NCBI GenBank assembly: GCA_964587005.1
Contig: CAZPJW010000001.1
Span: 11,986 to 75,985, forward strand
Origin: Candidatus Woesearchaeota archaeon
GTDB taxonomy: Archaea > Nanobdellota > Nanobdellia > SCGC-AAA011-G17 > PNOQ01
Direction: 5' to 3'
Length of the DNA stretch: 64,000 nucleotides
A program made the translations under genes and the position numbers. Positions within the stretch are counted from its first letter, which is position 1. Each line of letters begins with the position of its first letter. Shown piece after piece: positions 1 through 9,912 of the stretch. Under the pieces are notes generated by a model, which saw only the letters and a program-made list of their open reading frames with translations, was not told the origin of the DNA and made no database searches.

Positions 1-193
1 GACCATATATTCCCTCACAATCCCGAGTCTGTCTCATTTCCCATTCTTGACATTCACCAGAACCACAACCATCATCAACCCATTCAGAACAATCTCCACA
101 ACCATAAGAAAGCTGAGGATCCTGTACATCACAAGAATTAATCAACATCAAAGAAAAGATAAAAACACTCAAATAAACAAAATTTTTTATCAT
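1..193 (-). CDS. Cys-rich secreted protein, N-terminal part (partial, runs off window start)
   Basis: Minus-strand ATG at 193..191 overlaps the TGA of the upstream gene (ATGA junction). Translation MIKNFVYLSVFIFSLMLINSCDVQDPQLSYGCGDCSEWVDDGCGSGECQEW... has a signal peptide followed by a Cys-rich region. The open frame continues to position 1. Absent from the ORF track because it has no stop inside the window. Confidence 0.4.
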   Translation of the reverse strand, partial: MIKNFVYLSVFIFSLMLINSCDVQDPQLSYGCGDCSEWVDDGCGSGECQEWEMRQTRDCEGIYG

Positions 194-675
194 TGACATT
201 TTCCAACCACTCCCGTATCAGTATCCATACACAATGGCTCAAAATTACCAGCAGAAGAGTCTGGAAGAACAATATTACAATCGAACACATCTTCCCTACA
301 TAAATCTAATCTAGCACCACTAAGGAAACTTCCATAACTTACTGTTAAGGGACCATCAAAAAAACTATTTCCTTTAACAGTCAAACTAAACATATCATGA
401 ACTTGATTATTTACCCAGTTTTGGTCAGTTATCTGAAATAAATTAGTATCCACTTCGGTTCCATAATCTCTTTTTATCACAAGAGGATCATTATAACTAG
501 CGCCCCATTCAAGTTGTCCAGGAGCCATTTCATCAAAACTATGTCCCATCACACTTGGATTTCCACCCGTACCATCGGCACTATAAGCAATCGTAAAGCC
601 AGTCAACCCAATAACAGCAATAAACAAAACTAAAAAAGCCAAATGCTTTTTTTCAACATTTATTATTATTTGCAA
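190..675 (-). CDS. Secreted or membrane-anchored hypothetical protein
   Basis: 161 aa with an N-terminal hydrophobic segment (LAFLVLFIAVIGLTGFTIAYSA). No recognisable catalytic motif. Sits in an operon-like array with surface proteins. Confidence 0.5.
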   Translation of the reverse strand: MQIIINVEKKHLAFLVLFIAVIGLTGFTIAYSADGTGGNPSVMGHSFDEMAPGQLEWGASYNDPLVIKRDYGTEVDTNLFQITDQNWVNNQVHDMFSLTVKGNSFFDGPLTVSYGSFLSGARLDLCREDVFDCNIVLPDSSAGNFEPLCMDTDTGVVGKCQ

Positions 676-681
676 ATACCC

Positions 682-2169
682 TCACCTCTCCTTTAGATTT
701 TTAAGATGTTCTTTCCTTTTAAATATTTCGCTATAAAACAACATCAGTATTATCGCTAAAACAACAAAACTACTAACACTCATGAATGGAATATCTTCAA
801 CAATTAAAAAACAATCATTCCAAAACCAACTATATCCTTCTCCTCCTTCAACTGGCTGAGGATCACCATTCTCATCAATGTACCAAACTTCAACACGCCT
901 ATCCCCAATTCCATCTGAACATTCCTCTAAGGGCAACTCTTCCCCAACCTCATGAGCGGGATTACAAACACATTCTCCCGGCCTATGAAAAACCAAACCA
1001 TCATACGGGTCATCAACAGGATCGTCATCGTCATCGCCATCAGTATCCTCAACGATAAAAGAACAGCTAGCAGAATCACTTAAAAATCCACCCTTAGTTG
1101 CAGTAGCCGTTATCTCATAATTCCCATTAGGTTCAAAAAACAAATCTCCTATCTGTGCTATATCTCCACTAGACATAGTCAAAAATGGCCCCAATGTATA
1201 AAGTTCATCTCCATCAAAGTCAAAACGAACGTTCACTTCGGCCCCTTCAGAAGGATTTGCACCATTTCCATCGTTTAAATCTTCATCAACATGAACATCC
1301 ACCGTCTCACTACTTCCTGTTTGATCCTCAAAAGGACTTCCACTACACAAACTAGAATCTAGAGTAATTTCCAAATATGCACCGCCCCCGCAAGACTCCC
1401 CCTCGAAAGTACAATCATGTAAATCATTTCCGGGACCAGAAACAACTTCACAAACTTCATTACCAAAATCACACTCTAAATGAACACAATCCGCATCAAT
1501 GGTACATTCATCACTACCTGATCCGACTTCTTCAACACACTGATCATACTGATTACATTTCATATAGGTTTCTTCCTCGGCTTCGGGACAACATAATAAA
1601 TAAGGATAACTACTAGCATAATCACAATCAGCAACATGAGCATTAGTCTCATCAGATAAAGCTATAATGCAAACATCTCCAGCATCACAACTACTTCCAG
1701 CATCAGGGTAGTAACAAGCTGTATGGTGTATGGCATTTGACCAAGAGCTAGGATGCCAATTTGCCCAAAAACTCCCATCCCTGAAAAACCAAAACTCCAA
1801 ATAAGTATATTTCCCATCCACTAAAAGACCATAATTATCATAGTTACTTTCACCAGTCAGTTCAGCATGGGCATTTGTTTGAGTAGATAAAGAAAGATAT
1901 CCAGGATCGGCCCCACCATTATTGTTCAAAATATCGGGGCAACACATTTTATATCCATATTCATCAGGACATGCACTACCAACTTCACCAACACAAATGT
2001 GAGAATTCACTTCTCCAGTCAAACCCAAATAATAAACAGTATTATAGTTCCAAGCACAATCATCATTCTCAGGAATAATCTCGCAATCGGCAGCATAAAC
2101 TAAACTAATACTAAATAAAAAAACTAACAATAACACACCCTTTTTCATGTCTTTAATTATCCTTGCCAT
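682..2169 (-). CDS. Cys-rich acidic cell-surface protein (signal peptide + C-terminal TM anchor)
   Basis: 495 aa. N-terminal signal (LLLVFLFSISLVYAADC). Many Cys, Asp and Glu residues. An Asp run (DTDGDDDDDPVDDPYDG). C-terminal hydrophobic anchor (FVVLAIILMLFYSEIFKRKEH). Confidence 0.55.
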   Translation of the reverse strand: MARIIKDMKKGVLLLVFLFSISLVYAADCEIIPENDDCAWNYNTVYYLGLTGEVNSHICVGEVGSACPDEYGYKMCCPDILNNNGGADPGYLSLSTQTNAHAELTGESNYDNYGLLVDGKYTYLEFWFFRDGSFWANWHPSSWSNAIHHTACYYPDAGSSCDAGDVCIIALSDETNAHVADCDYASSYPYLLCCPEAEEETYMKCNQYDQCVEEVGSGSDECTIDADCVHLECDFGNEVCEVVSGPGNDLHDCTFEGESCGGGAYLEITLDSSLCSGSPFEDQTGSSETVDVHVDEDLNDGNGANPSEGAEVNVRFDFDGDELYTLGPFLTMSSGDIAQIGDLFFEPNGNYEITATATKGGFLSDSASCSFIVEDTDGDDDDDPVDDPYDGLVFHRPGECVCNPAHEVGEELPLEECSDGIGDRRVEVWYIDENGDPQPVEGGEGYSWFWNDCFLIVEDIPFMSVSSFVVLAIILMLFYSEIFKRKEHLKNLKER

Positions 2170-2171
2170 AT

Positions 2172-4721
2172 TTATATACTTTTTCGTTTTATTTCTTCAA
2201 AAATAAAGTTCAACTGCTTTTCACTCCATCCTTTCTTCATCAAAGCCTTCCGAATCTCCCCTTCATTAAAACCTTCTCTAAATGCTCTCATAACAAAAGT
2301 CTCCAATTGAATTTTATCCTTTTCAATTAAAAATAATTTTCTCTTAAACAACCCAAAACTAATTTTATTACTTACATCAAAGAAATTTCCAGGACCCCTA
2401 TAGAAATTAATCCAGAAAATTCCCAAAATCAAAACTACTCCCAATAAAATATACCAAAGCCAAGGAATTACTTCACCACAATCCTGCGGACAATAATTCA
2501 AATCAGTTTCATCTTTCTCATCAACCCCAAAAACAGAATCACTAAAACACTGGCCATCTCCGCAATAACTATATGAACAACTTCCACTCTCACAATCAAA
2601 CTTATAAATTACTTCCTTTCCTTCGTACGCACTTACAGGAACAATAAAACTCGGACCAACATCTAAACTAACACTTTCAACAGCATACTTTAATTGGTAG
2701 GGAGCATTTATACAATAAATCAAACCATTAACCTCGTCATAACTACAACTTAAACCAAATAGTTTAACATCTCCCAAAACTTTCTCAACTAATTCTCCAT
2801 TACTGGAAGAAAAATTCTTAACAACATAAACATAATCCTCACTCCCTTCCAAATAATCCACATTAATATTATAATAACCATAATCAGCACTAATATCCTC
2901 ATTATAAAAATAAACTTCTTCCTTAAACTCTCTCAACTGATCCGCACTAAATCCACTTGCCTCTCCAAAAGTTGGAACATCAAAAATACTACTTGCCTTA
3001 TAATTTCTATAAACAGAAACATTTCCTAAAACCAAGTCTTCAATTATCTTGCCTTTCAAGGCAATCAAATTATTATAAATCAAAACATACTGACTATCTT
3101 TATTCATATCACTTGACCCCTTAACAATATCATATTCATTTTTCAAAACATCAACTTCACTTTTACTTACACCAAATTCCATATTTGTAAAAAATTCATC
3201 TAAAACTCCTGAAAAACTCAAATTTTCATTTAAGTTATCATAAACACTCACAAATTCAGAATCTAAAGCCTCTTCCAAATTAATAACATTAACAACAACA
3301 CTATCGGTTGATTCAATTCCTTCTGAATTCTTGACAGTCAAAATAATCGTATACTCTCCTTCTTCCAAATAACTATGACTCACACTCTCTCCATTAGCAG
3401 TTACATTATCTCCAAAATCCCAAGAATAAGAAACAACATTCCCTGTAGATTTAGAACCATCAAAAGTAATAGGAATCCCTTTAGCAGTAACACTTGAACT
3501 CACTTCAATCTTTGCAGACGGAGCATTACTTACATTAAAATATTTAGAATAGTCCTCGTCTAAAAACTCAATCTCCAACTCACAATTTGTATCGTTATCT
3601 TCTGGAGTTCTCAAATCATAAAAATAACTCAAATCCAATTCCACACCACTAACATTATACTCAACTATCTCTTTAGAAATCTCATAAACATTTTCCCTAA
3701 CTCCACCAGAACTCAAATAAATAATTGGATCAAAAAACAAAGTACTCCCCAGGGTTCCAAATATCTTAAATGGAATAACACACCAGCCATTACAATTACT
3801 ACCCATATAATCCCAAATTTTCCCCCTCAACGCAGCACTACTAAATTCTCCAGAAGCAATTCCACTATACACTCCAGGATTAGAACTAATAAAATAATAT
3901 TCCGGATCCTCCGCAATAAAAGGAACTCTAAATGCATTCCCGGAATCATCCCTACTCTCTATACAAATCTCCCTCAAAATAGTACCATTATTACCTTCTT
4001 CAACATTAATACTTAAATTACAATTAACTTCCGTCCAACTTTCTAAAACCTCTCCAAAAGTACAATCACTACTTCCAGAAGTTGCCCTCAACTCTCCACC
4101 CTCTGCAACCCTCTTAGCAACACCATTAACTTTAACTGTCAACTCATCTTGCAATTCTTCAACATCAAAAACAAACTTCGAACAAACATCATCTTGTCTT
4201 GGATTGGCTGTATTTCCCGTATCATAATTACTAGAATAGTCATCATAATCTTCACTACGTACTAAATCTCCCCAACCAGATAAACTTCCAAAAAACGCCC
4301 AATCATAACCATCCATCCCAATATCAAATTTGGGAGTAGCATCACCAATCAAAGTAAAATTAAAATAACGGATACTTTCATCAGACTTCAAATAAAGACC
4401 ATATTCTTTTTCATTAACATCAAAATCGATATTTAAAAAATCAACACCGCTTCCAACTTTTTCATATTTATAATAATTCCCAGAATAAACACTTGAATTA
4501 ACTAACAATTCATATAAACTAACTTCCTTCCAACTAGAACTTCCACAATTACTATGTTTCCCTTTTATCACTTCATCCAAATCAACAAACTCATCATCTA
4601 CAACTAAATACCCTTCAAAAGTTTCATTCGGCCCATAAACTTCTTTAGTTAAATTTAGTCCGGCATAGGCACTAGCTACAAATGCAAAAATAATCACCAA
4701 AATTATGCTTTTATTTAACAT
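2172..4721 (-). CDS. Large surface protein with PKD domain and C-terminal TM anchor
   Basis: 849 aa. N-terminal signal/TM. Classic PKD-domain sequence (ITFDGSKSTGNVVSYSWDFGDNVTANGESVSHSYLEEGEYTIILTVKNSEGIESTDSVVVNV). C-terminal TM (WLWYILLGVVLILGIFWINFY) followed by a short cytoplasmic tail. Many N-X-S/T sequons. Confidence 0.6.
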   Translation of the reverse strand: MLNKSIILVIIFAFVASAYAGLNLTKEVYGPNETFEGYLVVDDEFVDLDEVIKGKHSNCGSSSWKEVSLYELLVNSSVYSGNYYKYEKVGSGVDFLNIDFDVNEKEYGLYLKSDESIRYFNFTLIGDATPKFDIGMDGYDWAFFGSLSGWGDLVRSEDYDDYSSNYDTGNTANPRQDDVCSKFVFDVEELQDELTVKVNGVAKRVAEGGELRATSGSSDCTFGEVLESWTEVNCNLSINVEEGNNGTILREICIESRDDSGNAFRVPFIAEDPEYYFISSNPGVYSGIASGEFSSAALRGKIWDYMGSNCNGWCVIPFKIFGTLGSTLFFDPIIYLSSGGVRENVYEISKEIVEYNVSGVELDLSYFYDLRTPEDNDTNCELEIEFLDEDYSKYFNVSNAPSAKIEVSSSVTAKGIPITFDGSKSTGNVVSYSWDFGDNVTANGESVSHSYLEEGEYTIILTVKNSEGIESTDSVVVNVINLEEALDSEFVSVYDNLNENLSFSGVLDEFFTNMEFGVSKSEVDVLKNEYDIVKGSSDMNKDSQYVLIYNNLIALKGKIIEDLVLGNVSVYRNYKASSIFDVPTFGEASGFSADQLREFKEEVYFYNEDISADYGYYNINVDYLEGSEDYVYVVKNFSSSNGELVEKVLGDVKLFGLSCSYDEVNGLIYCINAPYQLKYAVESVSLDVGPSFIVPVSAYEGKEVIYKFDCESGSCSYSYCGDGQCFSDSVFGVDEKDETDLNYCPQDCGEVIPWLWYILLGVVLILGIFWINFYRGPGNFFDVSNKISFGLFKRKLFLIEKDKIQLETFVMRAFREGFNEGEIRKALMKKGWSEKQLNFIFEEIKRKSI

Positions 4722-4765
4722 AACACCTCTTATATATTCTTCAAAAAAATTCTTTATAAACTTTT

Positions 4766-5278
4766 CTAACCCATTAGCTCTTCATAAACGGCCAAAAAAC
4801 CTTTCATAGCCAAAGTAGTTTCATCAGAAATAATTTCGACCCCAATTTCTCCCGCCTGAACACGTTCAACAAGAGCATCACCCACATCTTCCTCTTGGAA
4901 AATTTCAGCAACTATTAACTGGGTACTTTTAACAACTAAATCATAACTTTCTGGAATATCTTCAGTCGCATAAGCATCATCATCAACAACCAACGCAATT
5001 TTCTTATCAATATCTGTCATCTCAAAAACAATGGCAGCAGTTTCATCTCCGTAAGTATGTAATTTATATGCACCCATCTCATTAGCAAGATATTCAACAT
5101 GTTCCTCATGAATAACTTGTACAGTGGGATCTTCCAATAATAAATCCAAATTAACTTCTGGCCTCACTAAATTTTTTTTATTTGCAAAAATATTATTTAT
5201 TTGTGTAAAATAAAATATTGCTCCACCAAGAATTAACAAAACAAAAACAATTATTATTATCCACCAAATTTTTCTCAT
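4766..5278 (-). CDS. N-terminally anchored hypothetical protein
   Basis: 170 aa. N-terminal TM (IWWIIIIVFVLLILGGAIFYF) followed by an acidic soluble domain. No known motif recognised. Confidence 0.45.
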   Translation of the reverse strand: MRKIWWIIIIVFVLLILGGAIFYFTQINNIFANKKNLVRPEVNLDLLLEDPTVQVIHEEHVEYLANEMGAYKLHTYGDETAAIVFEMTDIDKKIALVVDDDAYATEDIPESYDLVVKSTQLIVAEIFQEEDVGDALVERVQAGEIGVEIISDETTLAMKGFLAVYEELMG

Positions 5279-5303
5279 ACTACAAAAATCAAAAAAATAT
5301 TAT

Positions 5304-5798
5304 TTAAACCTTTCTAAATATCTTCTTTCCTTCAACATTAGGAATAATATCTAATTTACCTTTAAATCTAGGAAATTTAAACCTATTTAGATGATTTAAA
5401 AAAACTCCCAAGGCTGCAACTTCAGAATGCGGCTGATTCCCAACCCCCAAATTATAATCTGATAATTCATAAACTTCACCAGGAACTTTTTCACCACCAA
5501 CAACAACCAAAACCTTCCCCTTTATTTTATCAACATACTTATTAAAATCTCCGCCATACATTGTCAAATGAACAACAGTTTTTCCTTTAAACAATTTCAA
5601 ATAATCCTTAACATACTCTACTTTAAATTTTCCACCAAAATTCTTAACAATTTTATTTACAGAATCTTCCATCTCCTTATCTTTTTGCCCAGAATAATAT
5701 AATTCCGTAGCCCCAAAAGTTCTAGCAACTAAAGCTACATGTGTACTTATTCTTTTGTCTCTTGAAATTCTATGTCCTAATCTCAAAACTTCGACCAT
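5304..5798 (-). CDS. trm56: tRNA (cytidine56-2'-O)-methyltransferase aTrm56 (SPOUT)
   Basis: N-terminal motif LRLGHRISRDKRISTHVALVARTFGA matches the archaeal Trm56 signature (R..RD.R.TTHV.L.ARAFGA). Length about 165 aa. Start taken at the internal Met (MVEVLRLGHR) to avoid overlap with the divergent secF. Confidence 0.7.
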   Translation of the reverse strand: MVEVLRLGHRISRDKRISTHVALVARTFGATELYYSGQKDKEMEDSVNKIVKNFGGKFKVEYVKDYLKLFKGKTVVHLTMYGGDFNKYVDKIKGKVLVVVGGEKVPGEVYELSDYNLGVGNQPHSEVAALGVFLNHLNRFKFPRFKGKLDIIPNVEGKKIFRKV

Positions 5799-5850
5799 AC
5801 AAATAAAAAATAACAAAAACTATTTAAATACACCCTTTACTCAAAAATTC

Positions 5851-6717
5851 ATGAATATTGAGAACGTAATAACCACCAAATATAAGAAACTATTAATTAT
5901 TCCATTAGTTTTATTATTAATAAGTTTAGCAATTCTAGGAATACAATATTCAAACAAAGGATACATAATAGAAAAAGATGTAACCCTCGCGGGAGGAGTA
6001 TCCGCAACACTAATTCTAGACGATTACAACAAAGAAAGTATACAACTATTACTAGAAGAAAACTTTCCCAATTCAGATATTTCACTAAGAGAATTATCTA
6101 ATCTGGGAACTGGGCAAAACACTGGCATAATAATAGACATTTCAGAAATCACAACAAAAGAATTAACACCTGTCCTCGAAGAAAATTTAGAATACTCTGA
6201 AATATCCATTCAAGAAATCGGACCATCCTTGGGAGCTTCTTTCTTCAAAGAAATGATTGGTGCAATAATATTCGCATTTATTTTAATGGGAATAACCATT
6301 TTCATAATTTTTAGAAAACTAGTTCCTTCCCTAGCCGTAATTTTTTCAGCAATTTTAGATTTAACCGTAACTCTTGCAATAATAAGTGTACTTGGTCTTA
6401 AAATATCTTCTGCCGGAATCGCAGCATTCCTTATGGTAATTGGTTACTCTGTTGATACAGATGTTTTACTCACAACAAGACTAATCCGAAGAAAAGAACT
6501 GGGCCCATTATATGAAAGGCTAAAAGGTGCATTCAAAACTGGAATGACAATGACTCTAACAACTATCGGGGCATTAACTGTCGGCCTAATAGTAACAAAC
6601 TCAATAATAATCAAACAAATGTTTGCAATTATCCTAATAGCATTAGTTGTAGACATAATTTCAACATGGATTATGAACACGTCTCTATTAATGTGGTACA
6701 TAAAGAAAAATGATTAA
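5851..6717 (+). CDS. secF: Protein-export membrane protein SecF
   Basis: TM1, then a periplasmic domain with a GG motif (KDVTLAGGVSATLILDD), then a 5-TM SecD/F core (GPSLGASFFKEMIGAIIFAFILMGITIFIIFR...). Start moved to MNIENVITTKYKK at 5851 because the track ORF (from 5755) overlaps trm56 on the other strand. Confidence 0.75.
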   Translation: MNIENVITTKYKKLLIIPLVLLLISLAILGIQYSNKGYIIEKDVTLAGGVSATLILDDYNKESIQLLLEENFPNSDISLRELSNLGTGQNTGIIIDISEITTKELTPVLEENLEYSEISIQEIGPSLGASFFKEMIGAIIFAFILMGITIFIIFRKLVPSLAVIFSAILDLTVTLAIISVLGLKISSAGIAAFLMVIGYSVDTDVLLTTRLIRRKELGPLYERLKGAFKTGMTMTLTTIGALTVGLIVTNSIIIKQMFAIILIALVVDIISTWIMNTSLLMWYIKKND

Positions 6718-8278
6718 AAAATTATTCAAAAGTGTAAGGATATGGATATTACTCTTCTTCTTACTAATTAGTTATATCGCAATAAACCCAGCACTTTCAC
6801 CAGAAGGAGTTTCAATAAAATCTGTAGATCCAAATTCCGAAGCATACTTTGCAGGAATGAGATCTCCCCAACAAGAAATCGCTCCAACAAACTATGAAGT
6901 AATTGAAAGGATAAACGGAGAAACAATTACAAATTTGGCAGACTATCTCGATATAACATCCCAAATACAAATTCAAGAATCTGTAAGAATAGAAACAGAT
7001 AATCAAATTTATTCTCTAATAAAAGAAACAGAGGACATGGGACTAATAGTTACTGATGTAGCTGGAACAAATATAAGAAAAGGTTTAGAATTACAAGGAG
7101 GAACAAGAGTTCTTCTACAACCAAAAGAAGAAATAACAAACCAACAACGTGACGATTTAATTCAAGTAATGGATAATAGACTAAACACTTACGGCCTATC
7201 CGACATTACAATAAGAAAAACAGATGACCTTCTTGGAAATAAATATATCCTTGTAGAAATTGCGGGAGCAACAAAACAAGAAGTTTCAGAATTAATTGCT
7301 TCACAAGGAAAATTCGAAGCAAAAATTGCCAATGAAACAGTTTTCTCTGGCGGAAAAGAGGACATAACATTCGTTTGTAGAGAAGATGGAAAATGTGCGG
7401 GAGTAACTCAGTGTGCTGAAGACCCATCAACCGGAACAGAGCAATGTAGATTTGAATTTGTAATTCATTTATCTCAAAAAGCAGCAGAAAATCACGCTCG
7501 AATAACATCCGAACTAGACATAATAACACTTGAGGGCGGACACCAAGTTCTCTCTGAAAAAATTGACTTTTACCTAGATGATACTTTAATAGATTCATTA
7601 AATATTGATTCAGACCTAAAAGGTTCAACAACAACACAAATACAAATAACCGGCCCAGGAATTGGAGAAACAAGACAAGAAGCAGTCTTAGCAGCACAAC
7701 AACAAATGAATCACTTACAAACTGTTTTACTAACCGGCTCATTTCCATTTGAATTAGAAATAGTAAAACTCGATACAATCTCTCCAACATTGGGAGCTTC
7801 ATTCATAAACAACGCAATAAAAGTTGGAGCACTTGCAATCCTAACCGTAGCATTAATTATTTTCATAAGATATAGAAATCTAAAAATTGCAATTCCAATG
7901 GTAATTGGTTCTTTATCAGAAGTAATTATTATTCTAGGAATCTCCGCACTAATGAATAGAAATCTAGACATGGCAGCAATAGCCGGAATAGTTGCAGCAG
8001 TAGGAACAGGAGTAGACGATCAAATCGTAATCATAGACGAAATAGTTACAAAAGCAGAAGCATTCGCCATTTCCTGGAAACAAAGATTAAAGAAAGCTTT
8101 CTTCATTATTCTAGCTGCCTTCTTCACTACTTTAGTAGCAATGCTTCCCTTATTAAGGGCGGGAGCAGGATTGCTAAAGGGATTTGCAATCATAACAATA
8201 ATAGGTATAATAATCGGAGTATTCGTAACAAGGCCAGCCTTCGCAGTAATGATTGAAACCTTAATGAAAAAAGAATAA
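6710..8278 (+). CDS. secD: Protein-export membrane protein SecD
   Basis: 522 aa. N-terminal TM, a large extracytoplasmic domain, and a C-terminal 5-TM SecD/F-type core (LGASFINNAIKVGALAILTVALIIFIRYRN...). Overlaps secF by 8 nt, consistent with an operon. Confidence 0.75.
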   Translation: MIKKLFKSVRIWILLFFLLISYIAINPALSPEGVSIKSVDPNSEAYFAGMRSPQQEIAPTNYEVIERINGETITNLADYLDITSQIQIQESVRIETDNQIYSLIKETEDMGLIVTDVAGTNIRKGLELQGGTRVLLQPKEEITNQQRDDLIQVMDNRLNTYGLSDITIRKTDDLLGNKYILVEIAGATKQEVSELIASQGKFEAKIANETVFSGGKEDITFVCREDGKCAGVTQCAEDPSTGTEQCRFEFVIHLSQKAAENHARITSELDIITLEGGHQVLSEKIDFYLDDTLIDSLNIDSDLKGSTTTQIQITGPGIGETRQEAVLAAQQQMNHLQTVLLTGSFPFELEIVKLDTISPTLGASFINNAIKVGALAILTVALIIFIRYRNLKIAIPMVIGSLSEVIIILGISALMNRNLDMAAIAGIVAAVGTGVDDQIVIIDEIVTKAEAFAISWKQRLKKAFFIILAAFFTTLVAMLPLLRAGAGLLKGFAIITIIGIIIGVFVTRPAFAVMIETLMKKE

Positions 8279-8398
8279 TTATTTTTTCTTCTTTTTCTTT
8301 AAAGACTTAGAAAAAACATAAACAATCAATATTGCAGCTAAGACAACTAAAATCCAAGTCAAATTTCTTGCTGGTGCGTATAAAGGTTGTTCTACCAT
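8279..8398 (-). CDS. Small (39 aa) single-TM protein with poly-Lys C-terminus (unannotated small ORF)
   Basis: Reverse-complement reads ATG...TAA and encodes MVEQPLYAPARNLTWILVVLAAILIVYVFSKSLKKKKKK. One clear TM helix. Lies in the SecD / DUF4013 intergenic gap. Below the ORF-track length cutoff. Confidence 0.25.
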   Translation of the reverse strand: MVEQPLYAPARNLTWILVVLAAILIVYVFSKSLKKKKKK

Positions 8399-8470
8399 AA
8401 TAAAAACTATCTAATTTTATTTAAAAAACTTTCTAAAAAACTTTTTAAATACAACAAACATAGAAAAAAC

Positions 8471-9259
8471 ATGGATTACCTAAAAAAAGCATTTTCAAGA
8501 CCCTTTCAAGATTGGAAAAAGTTTGGAATAGCAACAGTAATCTATTTAGTTTTATTATTCTCATTAACTATGATATCAGCAGCATTCTTCGACCCTTTTG
8601 ATAATGCAATAGCCGAACTAACTGTGGGAGAATCCCAAATCGGGGGAGAATTAACAGAAGAACAAGTAGCAGCCAGATATGCAGTTCTAGTCGAATATCT
8701 TCCTTCACTTGCAATAGGGACTTTACTAATATTCTTGGTTGGATTGATAATTGCCCCATTTCTTCAAGGATGGTTTTTAAGATGCATAAACTCTGCACTA
8801 AAAAACAAAAATAAACTTCCAAATTGGAATAATTTTCTAGACTTATATAAAAAGGGATTTTTCTTAGGAATAATCCAAATAATCTACGGCATAATTCTAA
8901 TAATCCCACTCTTCTTAATAGAAGTGGCGCCAATAATCGCAACAGTACTGGCTGCAATACTACTTTTCCTACTCATATACAATCTTCCAATGATAGAAGT
9001 TTTCTACGCAAGAAACTACAAATTTAAAGATGCTTTCAAAATAAAAGAAATGTACAAAAAATCTTTCACTGGAAAATATCTTGGAAACGGCATAGTAATT
9101 TTCTTAATTTTACTCGGAATAAATTTAGCAAGTTCAATAGTTGCAGAAATCCTTGCAATCACAATAATCCTACCAATACTAGTAAACACATTTATCTATG
9201 TTTATTCTGCAATATTCTTTAGCACAGTCTTCGCTAAGTTATATCTAAAGATAAAATGA
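8471..9259 (+). CDS. Multi-TM membrane protein (DUF4013-like)
   Basis: Likely start is MDYLKKAFSRPFQDWKKFGIATVIYL. Four to six predicted TM helices. The N-terminal conserved block resembles the archaeal DUF4013 family. The family call is from memory only. Confidence 0.4.
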   Translation: MDYLKKAFSRPFQDWKKFGIATVIYLVLLFSLTMISAAFFDPFDNAIAELTVGESQIGGELTEEQVAARYAVLVEYLPSLAIGTLLIFLVGLIIAPFLQGWFLRCINSALKNKNKLPNWNNFLDLYKKGFFLGIIQIIYGIILIIPLFLIEVAPIIATVLAAILLFLLIYNLPMIEVFYARNYKFKDAFKIKEMYKKSFTGKYLGNGIVIFLILLGINLASSIVAEILAITIILPILVNTFIYVYSAIFFSTVFAKLYLKIK

Positions 9260-9879
9260 AAAAGAAGCTAACAATAGCATCGTCAATAATTCTTCTCTCA
9301 GTCATCTTAACCTACATAGGAATAACCATTGACATGGGCCCAGGTTTGATTATAATCATTCTTTTAAGATTATTTATCCCCTTAACCATTTTTAGATGGC
9401 CACTTTGGGGAACGGTAGCATCAGCAACAATAGATCTACTTGATGTAGTAATAGCAGACATTCTTGGCGCAGGAGGAATAGTTTCAAAAATCCCAAAAGG
9501 AATGTACGACAAAGGAGACAAAATATTTGATATGTATTATTTAGCAATTGCCTGCATAACAAGTCTATCTTGGAAGGACTTACTAGCAAAATGGACTTCC
9601 ATAATACTTTTCGTTTACAGAATAATTGGAGTAATTCTTTTTGAAGTCACGGGGACAAGATGGTTGTTGCTTGTCTTTCCAAATTTATTCGAACACTGGT
9701 TCCTTTTCTGGGCAGCCAGAAATAAATATTTCAAAAAATTCAAATTAAACACAAAAAAACTAATCTTGATTTTACTAGCACTCTTAATTCCTAAACTAAT
9801 TCAAGAGTATTTACTACATTATGCCGTCATAACTCCTTGGACAAGAATTAAATTACTTCTAGGTTTATTTCAAAGATAA
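9256..9879 (+). CDS. Multi-TM membrane protein, function unknown
   Basis: 207 aa with several hydrophobic helices. 4-nt overlap with the upstream gene. Confidence 0.45.
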   Translation: MKKKLTIASSIILLSVILTYIGITIDMGPGLIIIILLRLFIPLTIFRWPLWGTVASATIDLLDVVIADILGAGGIVSKIPKGMYDKGDKIFDMYYLAIACITSLSWKDLLAKWTSIILFVYRIIGVILFEVTGTRWLLLVFPNLFEHWFLFWAARNKYFKKFKLNTKKLILILLALLIPKLIQEYLLHYAVITPWTRIKLLLGLFQR

Positions 9880-9912
9880 ATTTAAATATTACATTAAACT
9901 CTCTTTTTTAAG

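Noticed and set aside
786-1058. Short ORFs on the strand opposite to long, well-supported genes. Examples: 786..1058, 1377..1616, 7206..7802, 8568..8957, 13669..13962, 17555..17989, 19466..20173, 24618..24869, 46416..46676, 52536..52928, 56056..56352, 60693..61361.
   Set aside because: All are embedded antisense in genes with clear family signatures. Their translations are low-complexity (Leu/Phe/His/Pro/Asn-rich), typical of AT-rich antisense frames. No independent promoter or terminator context was seen.
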